From contig NMRA01000028.1 of assembly GCA_002633005.1 (NCBI GenBank), positions 1,458,753-1,522,752 on the forward strand: a DNA stretch of 64,000 nucleotides, in the 5' to 3' direction. Shown piece after piece: positions 13,101-25,448 of this stretch; position 1 is the stretch's first letter, and each line of letters begins with the position of its first letter. The translations under genes were made by a program, and so were the position numbers. The notes under the pieces are model-generated. The model was given only the letters and a program-made list of their open reading frames with translations, ran no database searches and was not told where the DNA came from. This DNA comes from Phoronis australis (Eukaryota; Animalia; Phoronida).

Positions 13101-16100
13101 TTCCATTTTTAAAAAACAGGAATAGGTTTTAGAAAAGGTTTTAGCCAATTCAATTTTACTATTTCAAAGTGAAACGTGACTTGCAAACTGCTTTGCTTTT
13201 TCCAATGAATTGTGCCACAGGTCCATTTTACTGGTCAGCTGCTTCACAACATGTTATGGTTTCTTAAAACCAGAAACAATTCCACCTTCAAAAATGAAGA
13301 ACTACTTGAACATGTCTGCTGCAAACGATAAGCGACTAGTTTATGGCCAGAGTTGTGGAATTTGATGAATACGTTTGATTTTTGCACCAAATTAATCCCT
13401 TAACACGTTCAAGTTCTGAGCCATAGCAAATATCAGACCGTATTTTGGACAATTGGAAATTTTTGAAAAATGAAAAGTGGGAATTTCAACTATTATTTGT
13501 ATTCGAAATTGGTGATATTTTTCCATATGATATCTCATTGAATATGTGAATTCCATTCAGAACCTTTAATGCCTCGAAAGAAGTCAGATTTGGTGAATTC
13601 TGTCTGTTTTACGTTATCGCAGATAATCGATTTCTAAAACCAACTGTCCCTGGAGAAGAACTGTTCACTAGGTTTATTGGCACATGCTGCTAAATTGGGT
13701 CAAACCTAGCAATTTCGTTTGACCAAGCAGTTCCCTACTGCTGTACTAATTTCACCAAAATATCTCATAAATCCTGAACTGTATATTCACACTACATTCA
13801 TGAGAATTCTGGAAGGGGGAAATGTTGTGTTTGCAAAAGTGACCCCATACAAAGTTGAATACCTATTGTTTAGTCAAAGACAATGAAACTAGGATTGCAA
13901 CAAGTACTTGCAAAGAGGTCTGTCTTGGAATGGCATGTAATGAAAACTAAGAGAGGTTGTAATTAAATGACAGATTTATTATTGGGAATTTTTTATTCTT
14001 GGCCTCGCGTAGAATTTTCCTCTGAACGTAGTAATGCTAGTCTTTTTGTTGTACTTGGAATGACTATTTTGCCATGGAGTTTCAAAACTTTCTTTTCAAA
14101 AACCCAAAGTATTACTTCAGATATATATTTACGGTATTTTGCTTTCAGTTTACATTTTTAGAAAAAAATTTCTTTTTCTTTCAATAATCCGTGATGAACC
14201 TGTGATGCAAACTGTGTAGTATAGTAGTTTGTGTTATCTCCTGTTGTAGTACTTGAGTCATTTTCTGGGTATTACAGCTTAGCAAGTCGTGCAATGTTTA
14301 GACTCACAGAATTAAAAATCTTGTTTCAGGAGTTGAATGCACCTAAGTACCTTATGGGAATCATCCTCGCCGAGGCCCACATTGTTGAACTTCCTATGCT
14401 CTTCTTTGCTGGTCATGTGATCACGCGCATCGGCCACATCAGTTGTTTCCACATCGGCACTCTTGCCTACGCCATAAAGTTGTTTGCTTACGGTTTCATC
14501 ACCAACCCGTTCTGGCTCATTCTTGTTGAACCTTTGCACGCTTGTGCGTTTGCATTATTCTACGCGTCGGCGTCAGCACTAGCCAGCAAGATATCCCCTG
14601 TGGAACTTTCAGCCACCATGCAGGGTCTGTTGGGAGGTGTTTACTTCGGTCTTGGTGAGTCTGTTCTAACAGTAACGAAGAGCCTGTGAATACCAAGACC
14701 ATATAGTGGTCAATTGTTCATCATATAACCACTGCATGCTAGTTTAGTTGTTTGTGCTTTGTGATAGTTTATTGCTAATAGCTCCTATTCTTTGATGGGT
14801 AACTTGAAGCCTTCATTACCCCCAGGGTTCCACATACTGTGTTCTTGACACTCGAGAGTCTCTCTGAAGTGTTGGCCTGTTTGCATTATGTAAATAGCGC
14901 AATGTAGCTGACAGCCTAAACGTATAGCAAGAACACGTTTAGTTTGTATGCTGAAGTTGTTATACAACTTGTGTCAGTCATTATTATCTATGATGTGTAT
15001 AGCAAGACAAGGTTACACTATGCCATGTTACTATTTAATATACATCTGGCATGCCTGAAAACTGATTAGTTCTTTTGTTGTAGCTATGGGTGTGGGAAGC
15101 CTGACTGGCGGTTTCATCTACCAATCATACGACGCCTACACCATGTGGCGCATTTTTGGAATTACTGGATTTGTCCTCTTTGTCGTGTACGCTGTCATTT
15201 ACCATGCCATCATGAGGAAGCCATTTATTCAGCGTGTGGCAGGGCCCTCTGTAGAGCAGACAGGTGAATCAAGTGAACCCTTGGAGGTTGAGTCTTTAAA
15301 TCCTGGTGAGTGGAATAGCGGATGTGTGGTTAGTTATGAGCTGAGCAAATTTGTGACCCACCACCACAAAATGAGTCTTAAGTGTCGGAATTTGTCATTT
15401 TTTTAATTGTTATTTTTTCTGAACATACAGTATTTTCTGATCATTTTGAGGTATGAAACATGTCCTTATCTTCACAAATGACCGAGTTATTGCCAATTCT
15501 AGTCGGGGAAAACGAAAATTAAGAACTTTCAGAAGTCAACTTGGCCGAGAAAAAGTGCCGATAGTGTCTTTAAAATTTCCATAGCAACCTGCAGTTGAAT
15601 GCTACATTTCAGACTTATTAGTATATACAACAACATAAACAAATAAAAGTAATCAAAAATTAGAAAAAATATAGACCTTATTATGTAATCTCAGCCAAAA
15701 AGGAGTGATATTCATGTTGGGTTGCTGCAACTGGGTCTATAAATTTTCCAGCTAATGTATACAGGGTCAGTCCACTTGTGGCAGGAGGGGTTACTGCAAG
15801 TAAAACAAGTAGTTAAAGTGTATTTTGGCGAAGCTTAATAAAATGAAGTCCTGTAGATTAAAAAATACACGTTCGTGGCTGACTTTTGTTCAAAATAATT
15901 CAAAATTTTATGCTAGTGTGAATAATTTTTAAAAAAATGACAATCACTCATCTCTATCCAAGTCCACCGACAGTGACTGAAGAGCAACGATTTCCTCGAC
16001 TTCTCACCGAGTGATTCAGCCCTATCGAAGATTGTTCTCTCTTGCAGTAATATTCAGCTGCTTGCACCCCAATCCACTGGCTTTGCAGGTACAAGACATT

Positions 16101-17235
16101 GTTCTGCGATTAAGCTAATCCGGACTGTTTTCTTCAAGTTCTGTTTGTTCCAATCCAACGTAACCGTATTCGCGATGGGTCGATCATGAAACTCATCTGG
16201 CGACGAGTTGCTGCCATCAGACGACTCGACGCTGTCACGAAATTCCTCCTTGTCTCCATCCACAAATGTGCTCTTTGATGAGTTCAGTTAATTCTCGCTG
16301 ATCCTGATACAGCAGTTAATCACTGAGATATCAGCTACACTGCGACCAGCCATCTTACTGTCTTGTAAACATGCCGTGACCTCGCGACCCCACAGTTTCA
16401 CGCCCACTTAACTAGTTCTAGCGAATGAGGTCAACGATGTATTGGGTTAAAAGGTCGTTGCTAGCTAAAAGACTGGTGAGTGGCACTTCTGTTGAATGTA
16501 CCCCGAATGCAAAAAGTGAAATTACAACTGATGATTGGACGAAAAACTTAAAGAGCTCACTACATGCATAATTAGCAGAGTTTGACCTTTCTGTTGATGT
16601 GTTTATGAGCGAATTGGGTCATCGGGTGACTGAGCAATGGGGACACGAAAACCGGCAAATTTCGATGAAAATTTCCCGAGATATGCAGTCGTGGAGAAGG
16701 TGATGTTTTTCAAAATGAAATAAATAAGGTTTAAAATGAAGTTTGCTTGTTTTTAAATATTGTTTTGTGAAGTAGAATGAATAAATAAGCATAACCTGCA
16801 CTAAAAAAAATTTGACCTAATTTTAACTGATAGCGACTGTTTGCAGTCCTGTCAGGAAATAGAGTTTCCGACTTAAGACTCATTTTGTGGTGGTGGGTCA
16901 CATTTTGGTTGTGGTAGCGTTTTGATAACAAATGATGGAACGTGTGTTTGGTTAGGGTTATGGGCTTCCTACCCTATAATACATTCACACTCACTGCTTG
17001 TATGCCCCTCTTCCTGCTGTCACATGTATTTTGTTGTTTATTTTACTTCGTATTATTGCCTGATGACGAGACATGCAGTCTCGAAATGTAGCCAATGTTT
17101 TAATTTGTTTGTTTGTTATGTCTCTCGGTGTTTTGCTACTACATAGCTGCACACCTGAAGAGAGAAGGTTGTTTCGGCGCTATGAGTAACTCTGTATCAA
17201 GCTTTCAAACAAAAAGTTTAGTTATGTTTCAACAA

Positions 17236-17272
<37 letters not shown>

Positions 17273-20200
17273 GTGTGTGTGTGTGCGTGTGTGCGTGCGT
17301 GTGTGTGTGTGCGTGTGTGTCTTTATAATATGTGTATGTGTATGACTGTGTAGTGGTATGTAATATTTATTTATTTTAGTGACAAGTACAATTAAATCAA
17401 ACAGTATATATAACATTCGTAAGAAAGACAAGTACCCAGCCCAGTTGGGCTTATTAGTCACTTTAACCACACACTCAGATGTAGGCTTACCTCAAATGCA
17501 TCGGTTTTTAAGTTCAAAAGCAGACTTGATATATTTGGCAAATTGCCTAGGGAAATACTGAAATAGCAGTTTTAACGTATCTAATCTACTGAAATCTGTT
17601 CGGGATTTGAAGTGAAACATTATTAAACAGAATAAACCTCCATGAGTCATAAAAAGAACAATCAAACAAAGTGTAGCTCATCCTCCACAGAACCAGAATC
17701 ACAACACAAGCAAAGTCTTTCACTTACAGGAGTGTTTACATAATGACCAGTTTCCAAGTGCAAAGGGAGATTTCCTGCTCTAAGCAGTGTATGTGTATGA
17801 GTGTATAATGTGTATGTGAATATGTATATCTGTGTATGTGAATATGTATGTCTGAGTACAGGGCTCGACGCTATTCAAATCGCCAGGTCGCATTTTGCGA
17901 CTTAGCCAAAATCCCAGATTGCATTTTCAAAATCCAGCTCGCGTTCATAAATGCCAGGTCGCAAAAATTTTCCGCCATTTTTACATTCCAAAATTGATTT
18001 TTAGATCACCGAGAAAATGTTTAGATTATGCTCTTACCTGCAGCGTTAAATACTGACAGATTTCAGATCGCAAAACTGAGTTCGTTCATGCCGGCACAGT
18101 ATTACTGTTCTTCACGACTGCCCTAAAGCGCATGGCAAGTTGCCAACGTGAAAGTTGAATCAGTGCTCCCTAACTGACACGTGCATTCGAGAAGCTAAGT
18201 TTGCGATGTGAAAAGGGAGAAAATGACCGTTGAAGAAGTAGCCGTGATTTTGGTAGGTCTGACCTGCTACTGGCTGTCATCAAAGTCGTCAAAGATCCAA
18301 ACTAACTCGGTGTGCAAATTCCCTCCACTTTTTGTTCGCAACCCATATTTTGCAACTTAACTCGACGTTTGAAAAACATCTGACAAAAAACGTGAAACGA
18401 TGCCCTAACCGAATGACGTATTTGGATGCGCGGGAAAAATTCAGCGCAAATTTTATAACAAAAATGTGGTACTTATGCTGTTTACGTACTCAACAATTCG
18501 TTTTCTATGAAATGAATAGCCTCAAAATAATTCCCAACTACGTGCGGGATTCCATCGCGTAATTCGAGTTTGCTGCTCAATACCTTCCAAGTAGGGGGAA
18601 AATAGGTCAGTTACGTAACAACACGCATGTCACTAGTGTTAAGTTTCTTTCTCAGGTATGAAACAAAGCCGGGATTAGGTTTTTACATGTTGAGAAAAGA
18701 TGTTTTTGAAAACTGAATTTGTTGTGTGAAATGAGAGTGACACACTATACAGGCTGCGTGTCAATTTTAAACCACGCGCGGTCGTTTGTGAAGTGCGCTA
18801 TGATGGGCGCTAGCCTGAACCGTGGGCGCTTAATGGGAAATTCTCAAAGGTTGAAGGGGAACGCGTAGTAAATCAGTGACCGCTTATTACAAAACACTTC
18901 AAAGGTAGGGAGTAGGCTTTTGCGTGAGCATTGCCGTTAACCTGAGTGCATTAATAAGATATTAAACGACTGCAATGGTAAGAAATGATATAATAATAGG
19001 ATTTTGCGAGACAAACTTCATCGAGTTCAGAGGTGACTTTCTGGATATCGTTACCACCTACACTGTACCTTTACAGCCACCCGGAATAATTTTGTTTTTA
19101 ATTGCCCGCTTCAGCCAGAACAAGATTGTTTCTATTGGAGTCTGAACAGCGACGGTGGTCCGGGGAGCGAAAACTTGCCAGGGGGGTGTATGAAGAGAAG
19201 AACAAAAAAATCGCTGACCACAATTTCACATCTAGTACTCGTTTAGTTGCAACAGCTGGCTATGGGAATAGAGTATAGGGTTTAGGGAACATCAACCTCG
19301 GGAAACATCGTCACAGAAAATATCAGTTCTGGGTTGTATCGGTACCGGGGAATATCGTAAAGTATCGGATCTTTTATAACTGCCGGGAATCTATGAGTTC
19401 ATTTTCAAATAAACCACTGGCACGTACCCTGGTGCTTAACAGAGCCAAGCTGGTATACTCTTTCACTTAGGACTGTAGCTGTTCCCTTTTGATTTGCAGC
19501 TTTGAAGTGGTGCGCACGCGTGAGTCCCCCCACTTGAATCGCAGGAGCAGGCCTACACTTTACATACGCATACCCAGCCTAAAATATTGGGGGGGGGCTC
19601 GAATTCTTCCATATGCGGACCTGTTACTGAAAAAAAATCAACAAGGACTAAAAAACGGAGCCACTAGGTTCAGGCCTGCCAATCGTGCATCCGCGGCGAA
19701 TTCCTGTGGACTTTGTGGATTTTTGTCTCGTTTACTCGCGGGACTTTTTGTTTCACTGAGGCGAACCTTTTTGCCCAGTTCGCTAAATTGGGGGCTCGTT
19801 CGAGCACCCCAATCCCCCTTGGGTGCGCCCATTATTTACGCTGGCAGCAACGTGTGAAAGTCAAACCGTATTTCGCGCACGTAGCCCCAGAAACAAGTAA
19901 AGGGGTTAAATAATTTCTTGGTAACTCAAAACTGAAAGTAAAGACGTGACAGTCGTTTGGTGATTAATAGAGTTGTCATTTTCACTTTCTTGGCTGTCAT
20001 ATGCAATAAGAAACGAGACGCACATCTCTAAGTCACGATTGTCTGCCGGGACCGCTTGCGCGCTAACAACGGGACCGATCAGTGCCGCAGTGCCGGCAAT
20101 ATCAGAGATGTTGTGGATATTTGGTACATGTAATAAGGACATCTTACGGAAAAAAATAAACATATTTATCCACCACAAAGTTTGATAAGTTAATCGCTTA

Positions 20201-22709
20201 AGAATTAGTAGAAGCACTGCCGTTTTCTGACATTTTATCACGTGTTATGCAGTGGCCCAAAACTTTTCGGCCTGAATTCGGAAACTTGCAAAAGTGGTCG
20301 AAAGTGTTAGCCAATGAAACGCGTCAAAGATCGATTCTGCATACCCCATGTTTACGCGACTTGCTTACATGTACAAGTCATCGGGGGGCTGTTATCGTTT
20401 GACGTTCTTTTGAACTTGGATTTGGCAACAACCAAATAACGGTCGGATTAACAAGAGTTGCTTTATATTTGCCAGGTTTCTGCCGAGAAGTGTAAAAACT
20501 CAGTTCGCATATGTTGGAAATTCCTGGTCGCATTTAGCGACTTGATACGTACGAGCTGACAAAAATCTCAGCTCGCATTTCCAAATTTCAGGTCGCAAAT
20601 GCGACCTGCAGCTCATTATGTCGAGCCCTGGTGTATGTGAATATGTATGTCTGCGTATGTGAATATGTATGTCTGCGTATGTGAATATGTATGTCTGCGT
20701 ATGTGAATATGTGTGTCTGCGTATGTGAATATGTGTGTCTGCGTATGTGAATATGTATGTCTGTGTATGTGAATATGTATGACTGTGTATGTGAATATGT
20801 ATGTCTCTGTATGTGAATGTGTATGACTGTGTATGTGAATATGCATGACTGTGTATGTGAATATGTATGACTGTGTATGTGAATATGTATGACTGTGTAT
20901 GTGAATATGTATGACTGTGTATGGGAATATGTATGACTGTGTATGTGAATATGTATGACTGTGTATGTGAATAATTGTGTACGTTTGTGTATGTGTATGA
21001 CTGTATATGTGTATGATTAACTGGGCAGCATCCAACTTTGGCACAGTTTGACACACCAAAGTGTGGCTAGGTATCCATTTTATGCACCCAACTTTGTTGA
21101 TGCATATTGCTGTCATATCTGTCTGGACATCCGCTGCTTTTTCTTTTAAACCCCTTAATGAGGTGCGCTCCTATGGAGCTGACATAGGATGACAAGTTTT
21201 GGACTGATTCAACTACCTATGTACTCCATAGTGGCAATTTTAGCTTTTCATGTTTGCTTTTGTTTCTTCAGTTCCTGATGGATTGTCATGAAATTTGGCA
21301 ATAAATTTCTATTAAGGAGATGGCTCCCCTTTTCCAGTTGCGGATGTGTCTGATATATTGGTTATAAATTTTCAATTCATTTTGTTCAAGTCCAGCTCTC
21401 TATATGTCAGAGCGGTGGAGGAAGCAGCAGTAGACTGCAGAAGTTTGGTAATGCCCTGGACGATTTGTAGTGGACCCATCTCTCTTTTGTCATATGCATG
21501 GACCCTAGTACTTAGAAAAGTAAAAAAGATGAAACATAAAATGGAAACTTTATTCAATGTCACTGCCAGTCAGTCACAGTTTCAAAAAGTTTATTCGGCT
21601 GTCCCCCCCCCCCGTTTTGCACGCTACTGTCGGGAAGTATCATTGTGAAAATTGGCAAATGTGTTATTGATGCAAAGACCAACTCTATCTCCTTTACCAT
21701 TTGCTGACAACGGATGATGATGAATTTCAAATCAATCCGACTACTGCTGGGTCCCCTAGTGGCAATTTTAGTTTTCCTCATTTGTCTCTGTGTCTGTATC
21801 TGATGGATTTTTGTGAAATTTGGAAAATAGGTTTTTCTTTTAAATTTCAGAGTTCAGACAGATTTAACTTATTCTGCATCGCCTATTCTTTCAAGTCTGT
21901 TTTCTGGCATCCGTCTCTTTATTCACCATGATACTGCTCAAGGGATCTTTATGAAACTTTGTGCTCACATAATGAATCAGAGAATATTCATTATTATTAT
22001 TATATTATTCTTCACACTGATATACCTCTGCAATCTTCATTGATTTTGTAAAGTTAGGATGAACCCACATCCTTTCTACTGTTATTCCATGTGTTCTCTC
22101 AACTAGACCATTGAACATTTGGGCATTGTTTCTTTAATTACTGGTTAACAGTAAGAATACCATCACAGACTTGTAACTTCTCGTGTAAAACTTGTTTTTA
22201 GTGTTTATTTTTAGTTGACGCCATTTTCTTGACCCAGTTCATCCTTCGAAAGATGTCTGGTCGTGTATGCTCTTGCAGCTAATTTTTAAGTGCAAGTCAG
22301 AATTAATCTCCAGTTTACACTTACTAAATGTATGATCTTAGTGAAGTGCGTAGAATATCAATTCAAGCAACATATTTGCTGATGCACATGTATTTTTAGC
22401 GGTTTAAACTGTGCCACATTCCTTTGATCATCATGTCAAAGAGTACTGCTATTGAAGAGTTAGTGACGAGGCATGATGACTGTGATATACTGTTGGGTTA
22501 AAGGGATATTATATGCATCACCAACTGTGTCAAGATTTGGCAAAGTTCTGACCAGTCTCCCCAATTTATTTTAAAATCTACTGTTGTAGTGGCTTTTAGT
22601 GAAGTGTCGAACCTGCGATCTGACTTGGTATTAATATGTATTTCCAGCTAATGATGCAGTAGAGACACCTTCAGGCGCTGATGAGAAACATCTTGAGAAC
22701 AACTGTTGA
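1064..22709 (+). CDS. MFSD6: Major facilitator superfamily domain-containing protein 6-like transporter, spliced CDS join(1064-1145,11930-13083,14330-14654,15084-15305,22648-22709), about 614 aa
   Basis: Spliced N-terminus VNKALLPIKVFYFFSLA|AVSALPPYLSYYMFAIGLS...RPIFGLLAD; MFSD6-type motifs WGNQRLWGTVG, VELPMLFFAG, LVEPLH, SATMQGLLGGVYFGLG; all junctions GT-AG and phase-compatible; total 1845 nt is divisible by 3. Paralog identity within the MFSD6 family is uncertain. Confidence 0.85.
4095..4465 (+). mobile_element. About 370-bp TIR element (Kolobok-like, TTAA-flanked left end)
   Basis: TTAA|AAGGATATCAAACCCTGTTT ... AAACCGGGTTTGGTATCCTT; a second diverged copy lies inverted at 40466-40846. 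Confidence 0.65.
5312..5443. mobile_element. 132-bp MITE, hAT-like, 5-bp TSD
   Basis: TIR CATGGGCGGCGCA...TGCGCCGCCCATG, perfect ATTGA direct repeat on both flanks. Confidence 0.85.
5469..5735 (+). pseudogene. Decayed fragment resembling the P2X7 C-terminal-like (Kolobok-associated) protein N-region
   Basis: Acidic stretch then RPYELEP...RLEPLSLQTV*FQTG, resembling the recalled 'RPYxFEP...RL...WCxCG' pattern with W replaced by TGA. Confidence 0.35.
7016..7888 (+). mobile_element. Helentron-associated (HINE/DINE-like) interspersed repeat; related copy at about 21077-22145
   Basis: T-rich start TTTTTATGCACCCA, end GGGGCATTAA...; internal motif CCCCTAGTGG(G/C)A(G/A)TTTTAG shared with 21230 and 21755. 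Confidence 0.5.
8762..9986 (+). mobile_element. Helentron-associated non-autonomous element (DINE-1/HINE architecture)
   Basis: 5' subTIR ACTTGGCGAAAT (8767) with adjacent inverted ATTTCGCTAAGT; (CAT/CGT)n tract; 3' subTIR AATTTCGCCAAGT (9946-9958) followed by hairpin CGCTCC-TC-GGAGCG and a T run. Confidence 0.75.
10868..11272. repeat. About 86-bp tandem repeat, about 4.5 copies
   Basis: Unit ...GAAAACACCGAGGTGTGTTTAACCAGTTGTGTGTGCTAGAGAGCCTGCTGCCAAGTTTGAGCAAGTGTCTGTTAACATTGTAAACA. Confidence 0.9.
11697..11897. repeat. 50-bp tandem repeat, 4 copies
   Basis: GAGGTAGCTGACAAATAGGGCCA(T/C)ATGTTGGTCACTACTAATGTATACCA x4, nearly identical. Confidence 0.95.
11930..13083 (+). CDS. MFSD6: MFSD6-like large exon (TM1-7 region with a Cys-rich loop)
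   Basis: Within ORF 11887-13098; acceptor tcttttcag|, donor GAG|gtaatc. Confidence 0.93.
14330..14654 (+). CDS. MFSD6: MFSD6-like exon
   Basis: Acceptor ttgtttcag|, ELNAPKYLMG...GVYFGL, donor G|gtgagt. Confidence 0.92.
15084..15305 (+). CDS. MFSD6: MFSD6-like exon (last TM helices)
   Basis: Acceptor ttgtag|, AMGVGSLTGGFIY..., donor CCTG|gtgagt. Confidence 0.85.
15353..16901 (-). mobile_element. 1.55-kb TIR DNA transposon derivative with 4-bp ATTT TSD
   Basis: Perfect 31-bp TIR GTGACCCACCACCACAAAATGAGTCTTAAGT; ATTT on both flanks (15349-15352, 16902-16905); acidic ORF remnant on the - strand (16054-16263). Confidence 0.88.
17240..17345. repeat. (GT)n/(GTGC) microsatellite
   Basis: Direct reading. 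Confidence 0.95.
17859..20630. mobile_element. 2.8-kb hAT-like non-autonomous element inserted into a 22-bp minisatellite
   Basis: TIR CAGGGCTCGAC...GTCGAGCCCTG with repeated sub-terminal GGTCGCA motifs; flanks GAGTA/GTGTA; the same minisatellite continues on both sides. Confidence 0.8.
20631..21015. repeat. 22-bp minisatellite (TGTGTATGTGAATATGTATG(A/T)C)n; left remnant at 17787-17858
   Basis: Direct reading; explains the His/Tyr/Thr-rich spurious ORFs. Confidence 0.95.
21077..22145 (+). mobile_element. Second copy of the HINE-like family seen at 7016-7888
   Basis: Start TTTTATGCACCCAA...GTCATATCTGTCTGG; repeated TAGTGGCAATTTTAG motif; end boundary approximate. Confidence 0.45.
22648..22709 (+). 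CDS. MFSD6: Probable terminal MFSD6-like exon (ANDAVETPSGADEKHLENNC*)
   Basis: Acceptor tatttccag|, phase 1 compatible, short acidic tail to TGA; AATAAA at 22904. No homology support for this tail. Confidence 0.55.
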
Positions 22710-22776
22710 CATGTCATAATTTAAACTAAGCTCAACTTGGAAAATCACTGGCTTGCATAGGCAGAACAGTACAGAA

Positions 22777-22990
22777 GGCAGTGTGGCCTAACGGAATTTG
22801 TGTCTTCCTTTACTCAAGGTCGTGGGTTCAAGTTCTTCTGAGGCACACTGCTAGACCCTTGAGTCAGGTTGCTAGCTCCTTGACTCGGTTTCAACTATTT
22901 ATTAATAAAGCATAAAAATGGTTCCAGGTGATCAGTACAATGAGCCCACCTAAGTGTCCTGCACACGTCTGTACCAGACCACCTGAAATT
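22777..22990 (+). mobile_element. tRNA-derived SINE remnant
   Basis: A box TGGCCTAACGG (22784) and B box GGTTCAAGTTC (22825), followed by CCCTTGAG.CAGG and ATAAAAATGGTTCCAG SINE-body-like motifs; does not fold as a full tRNA. End approximate. Confidence 0.6.
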
Positions 22991-25448
22991 ATAATTGTTT
23001 CAGGCAGAATAATGAATCTCATTGTATAGTTTTGTGCAAACACAGCCTGGTTATAGTCAAAATCAATGAAACTGGTGCATCAGTTATGAAGTTTGATTTT
23101 GTTTTAGTTATAAATAACTAGAAATGTGGATCAAATTTTAGAAATCAAGTACTTAATAAGTAGGAGGAAAATTGGTAGAAATGCCAACATTTCTCATGGA
23201 AATGTGACAGTGTGCCAATTACATAGTTATCATAAACAGGAATTTTGGCTTTGGTTAGTTCATACTTGTTTACTTATAATGCTTTAAACATACTCATTGT
23301 TTGTCTATGAAGTCGTGTTATTCCCAGCACACGTATCTATCTAGTCTTTCAATGACTGTTAAGCCTTTTACGTACCTAATTTTAATTTGTTCTTTTGGTA
23401 TCAGATAACTGGAGACTTACCCGGATACATGATATCTGGTGCTGAGAGTGTGTTGGTACCACTTGATACAACTTAGCTTTATCTGCTGGAAAGTGTTCAT
23501 TTTTTGCGTCATCAGTTTATGAAGAAGCGTTTTCTTGCCAAAACAACAGATTTCAAAATTTCTTGCCAGAAGTCAGTGACTATGGACTTCATTGTTAGTT
23601 AGTGCCCTGTGCTTGGAATGTAAGTGCCAAAATGAAGTGCTTGGATAAACGATCCTTTGTGCATTTGAAACAATTGCCATCCCTCTGAGATTTGCTTTAA
23701 TGAGTCAAATATATACTCTGTATATTGGTATGTTATTTTCAGATGTTATGACAAACTCTTAGTGTCTGCCTAATGAAAATGCCGACACTTAGTGCGAATA
23801 ACATGGCAGCTGTGCTCTTAATTATAAAGTTTGACTAACTGCTAGTTTTTTAGATGCAATAATTATGACATGCTGTAAATGTTTTTGACTTTTACTGTTG
23901 CTCGTAGCAACCTGTGGTGTAAAAGTCCATCTCAATGACAGGCCAATATTTATAGTTTAAAATAAGCTGCAAGTAGCTCAGTCTGCTCTCGGTCTGCAAC
24001 GTGATCACACACGTGAAAACCTTTCGTGTTTGTCATCAGGGTGGTAAAAGTTTTCAAAATTTATCAGCAATTAAACATGGAGGTTTCATAATAGTTCTTC
24101 AGTCTGTAGTGGTCATCAAAATGGCTGTCACAATTGAACAGCTTGGATGTTTTGCTAGTAAAAATGGTTTAGAGTGTAATTTCCGAATTGTTACTTTTTA
24201 GTACTGTTTCTCAACTAGTCAGCTTTTCCTGTTTTCTAAATAGGTGAATGTATTGGAAAGATTGCCTTTAATTAAAAATGTATTACAGCAGCTCACAATA
24301 CTCCTTACAGCCGTAGATTTCTATTTCTATTACCAACAGGAAAATCAAAGCCATCAGCAAACTCAAGAAAACACTTCTGAGTTTATTAGGGCTGACCAAC
24401 CTGAAAATTGCAAATTTGAAAAAAGTGTATACATTTAGCATTGCCTGTGAGTTGAGTTGTCCTGTGATTTGGCATCAATTCAAGTTCGGATGAGCTATGT
24501 TTTTGTACCCTAAAGTGCTACCTATAAGAATTCTCCATTGAAGGTTGAACAAGAAAATGTGTTAGTAATGTTCTATTTAAATAGTTCAAAATTTGAATGA
24601 GATGGTAATGTTTTTGTATCCCTTAGGGATTGGTGTAAGAATTCAACATTGACAGTGAAACAGCAGCAAAATACCTCTGTGTCTTCTTAAATGTTCAGTA
24701 TAGGAAACACCTTTCTTATGTGAACTAGAGAGTTGCTTGTTAACCAGTACCAACACATAACACTGCTGACTAGTCCATATTTTTACTTTGTGTGTTTGAC
24801 ACTATTTCTTGTTCACAGAACTTGTTAAACACACCACAATGTTTTCTGTTTACAATTTTAATGAACACCTGATCAAACTCTAGGTATATTTCTAGTCTAC
24901 TGTCATCTGAGGCACACTAACAGCCAAAAAGCATGCCTTATCATATTATATTATATTATATCATATTGATGTAGTAGTGTCAATATATAATAATTGATCT
25001 AGTCAGCAATGTGTCTTAATTCCAAATATATTCTTCCAATTCAAGATGGAAATTGTGATGGAATGTGACAAAAATAGCTTCGGTGTTTGAAAAATAAAAA
25101 TGTAATTTGAAAGAATAAAGCCATTCACAGGGCATGTCATGATGTGAGTTTGTGTATTCAGTTATAGTTGACAACACTCATCTCTTTATGTTTGCTTGTG
25201 AGGAGTGAAATTTATGTTGAAAAATATTAGAAAATGAAAGGAGTGAGTAGTAACCATGACTACATGTATTTGTTTTAACAAATGTGTTTATAGCAGTTAC
25301 AGGCATTATATTCTGCATGCTGTTTACATGCCAAGTGTGTCTTATAATGAATCAGTGCTGGTTAGGATTTAATTAAATGTTAAATGAATAACTAAGATAG
25401 GTGTTGGAATTCCCTGCAGTTACTCATGGATAAGGAGAATAAAATAAT

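Noticed and set aside
19489-20241. Cluster of 64-122-aa ORFs as a transposase
   Set aside because: Inside a non-autonomous element; no DDE, zinc-finger or dimerisation motifs recognised.
20500-21116. 184-aa and 166-aa His/Thr/Tyr-rich ORFs (also 17113-17470)
   Set aside because: Translations of mini- and microsatellites.
22777-22850. tRNA gene
   Set aside because: A and B boxes are present but there is no acceptor-stem or anticodon-arm pairing; the downstream body is SINE-like.
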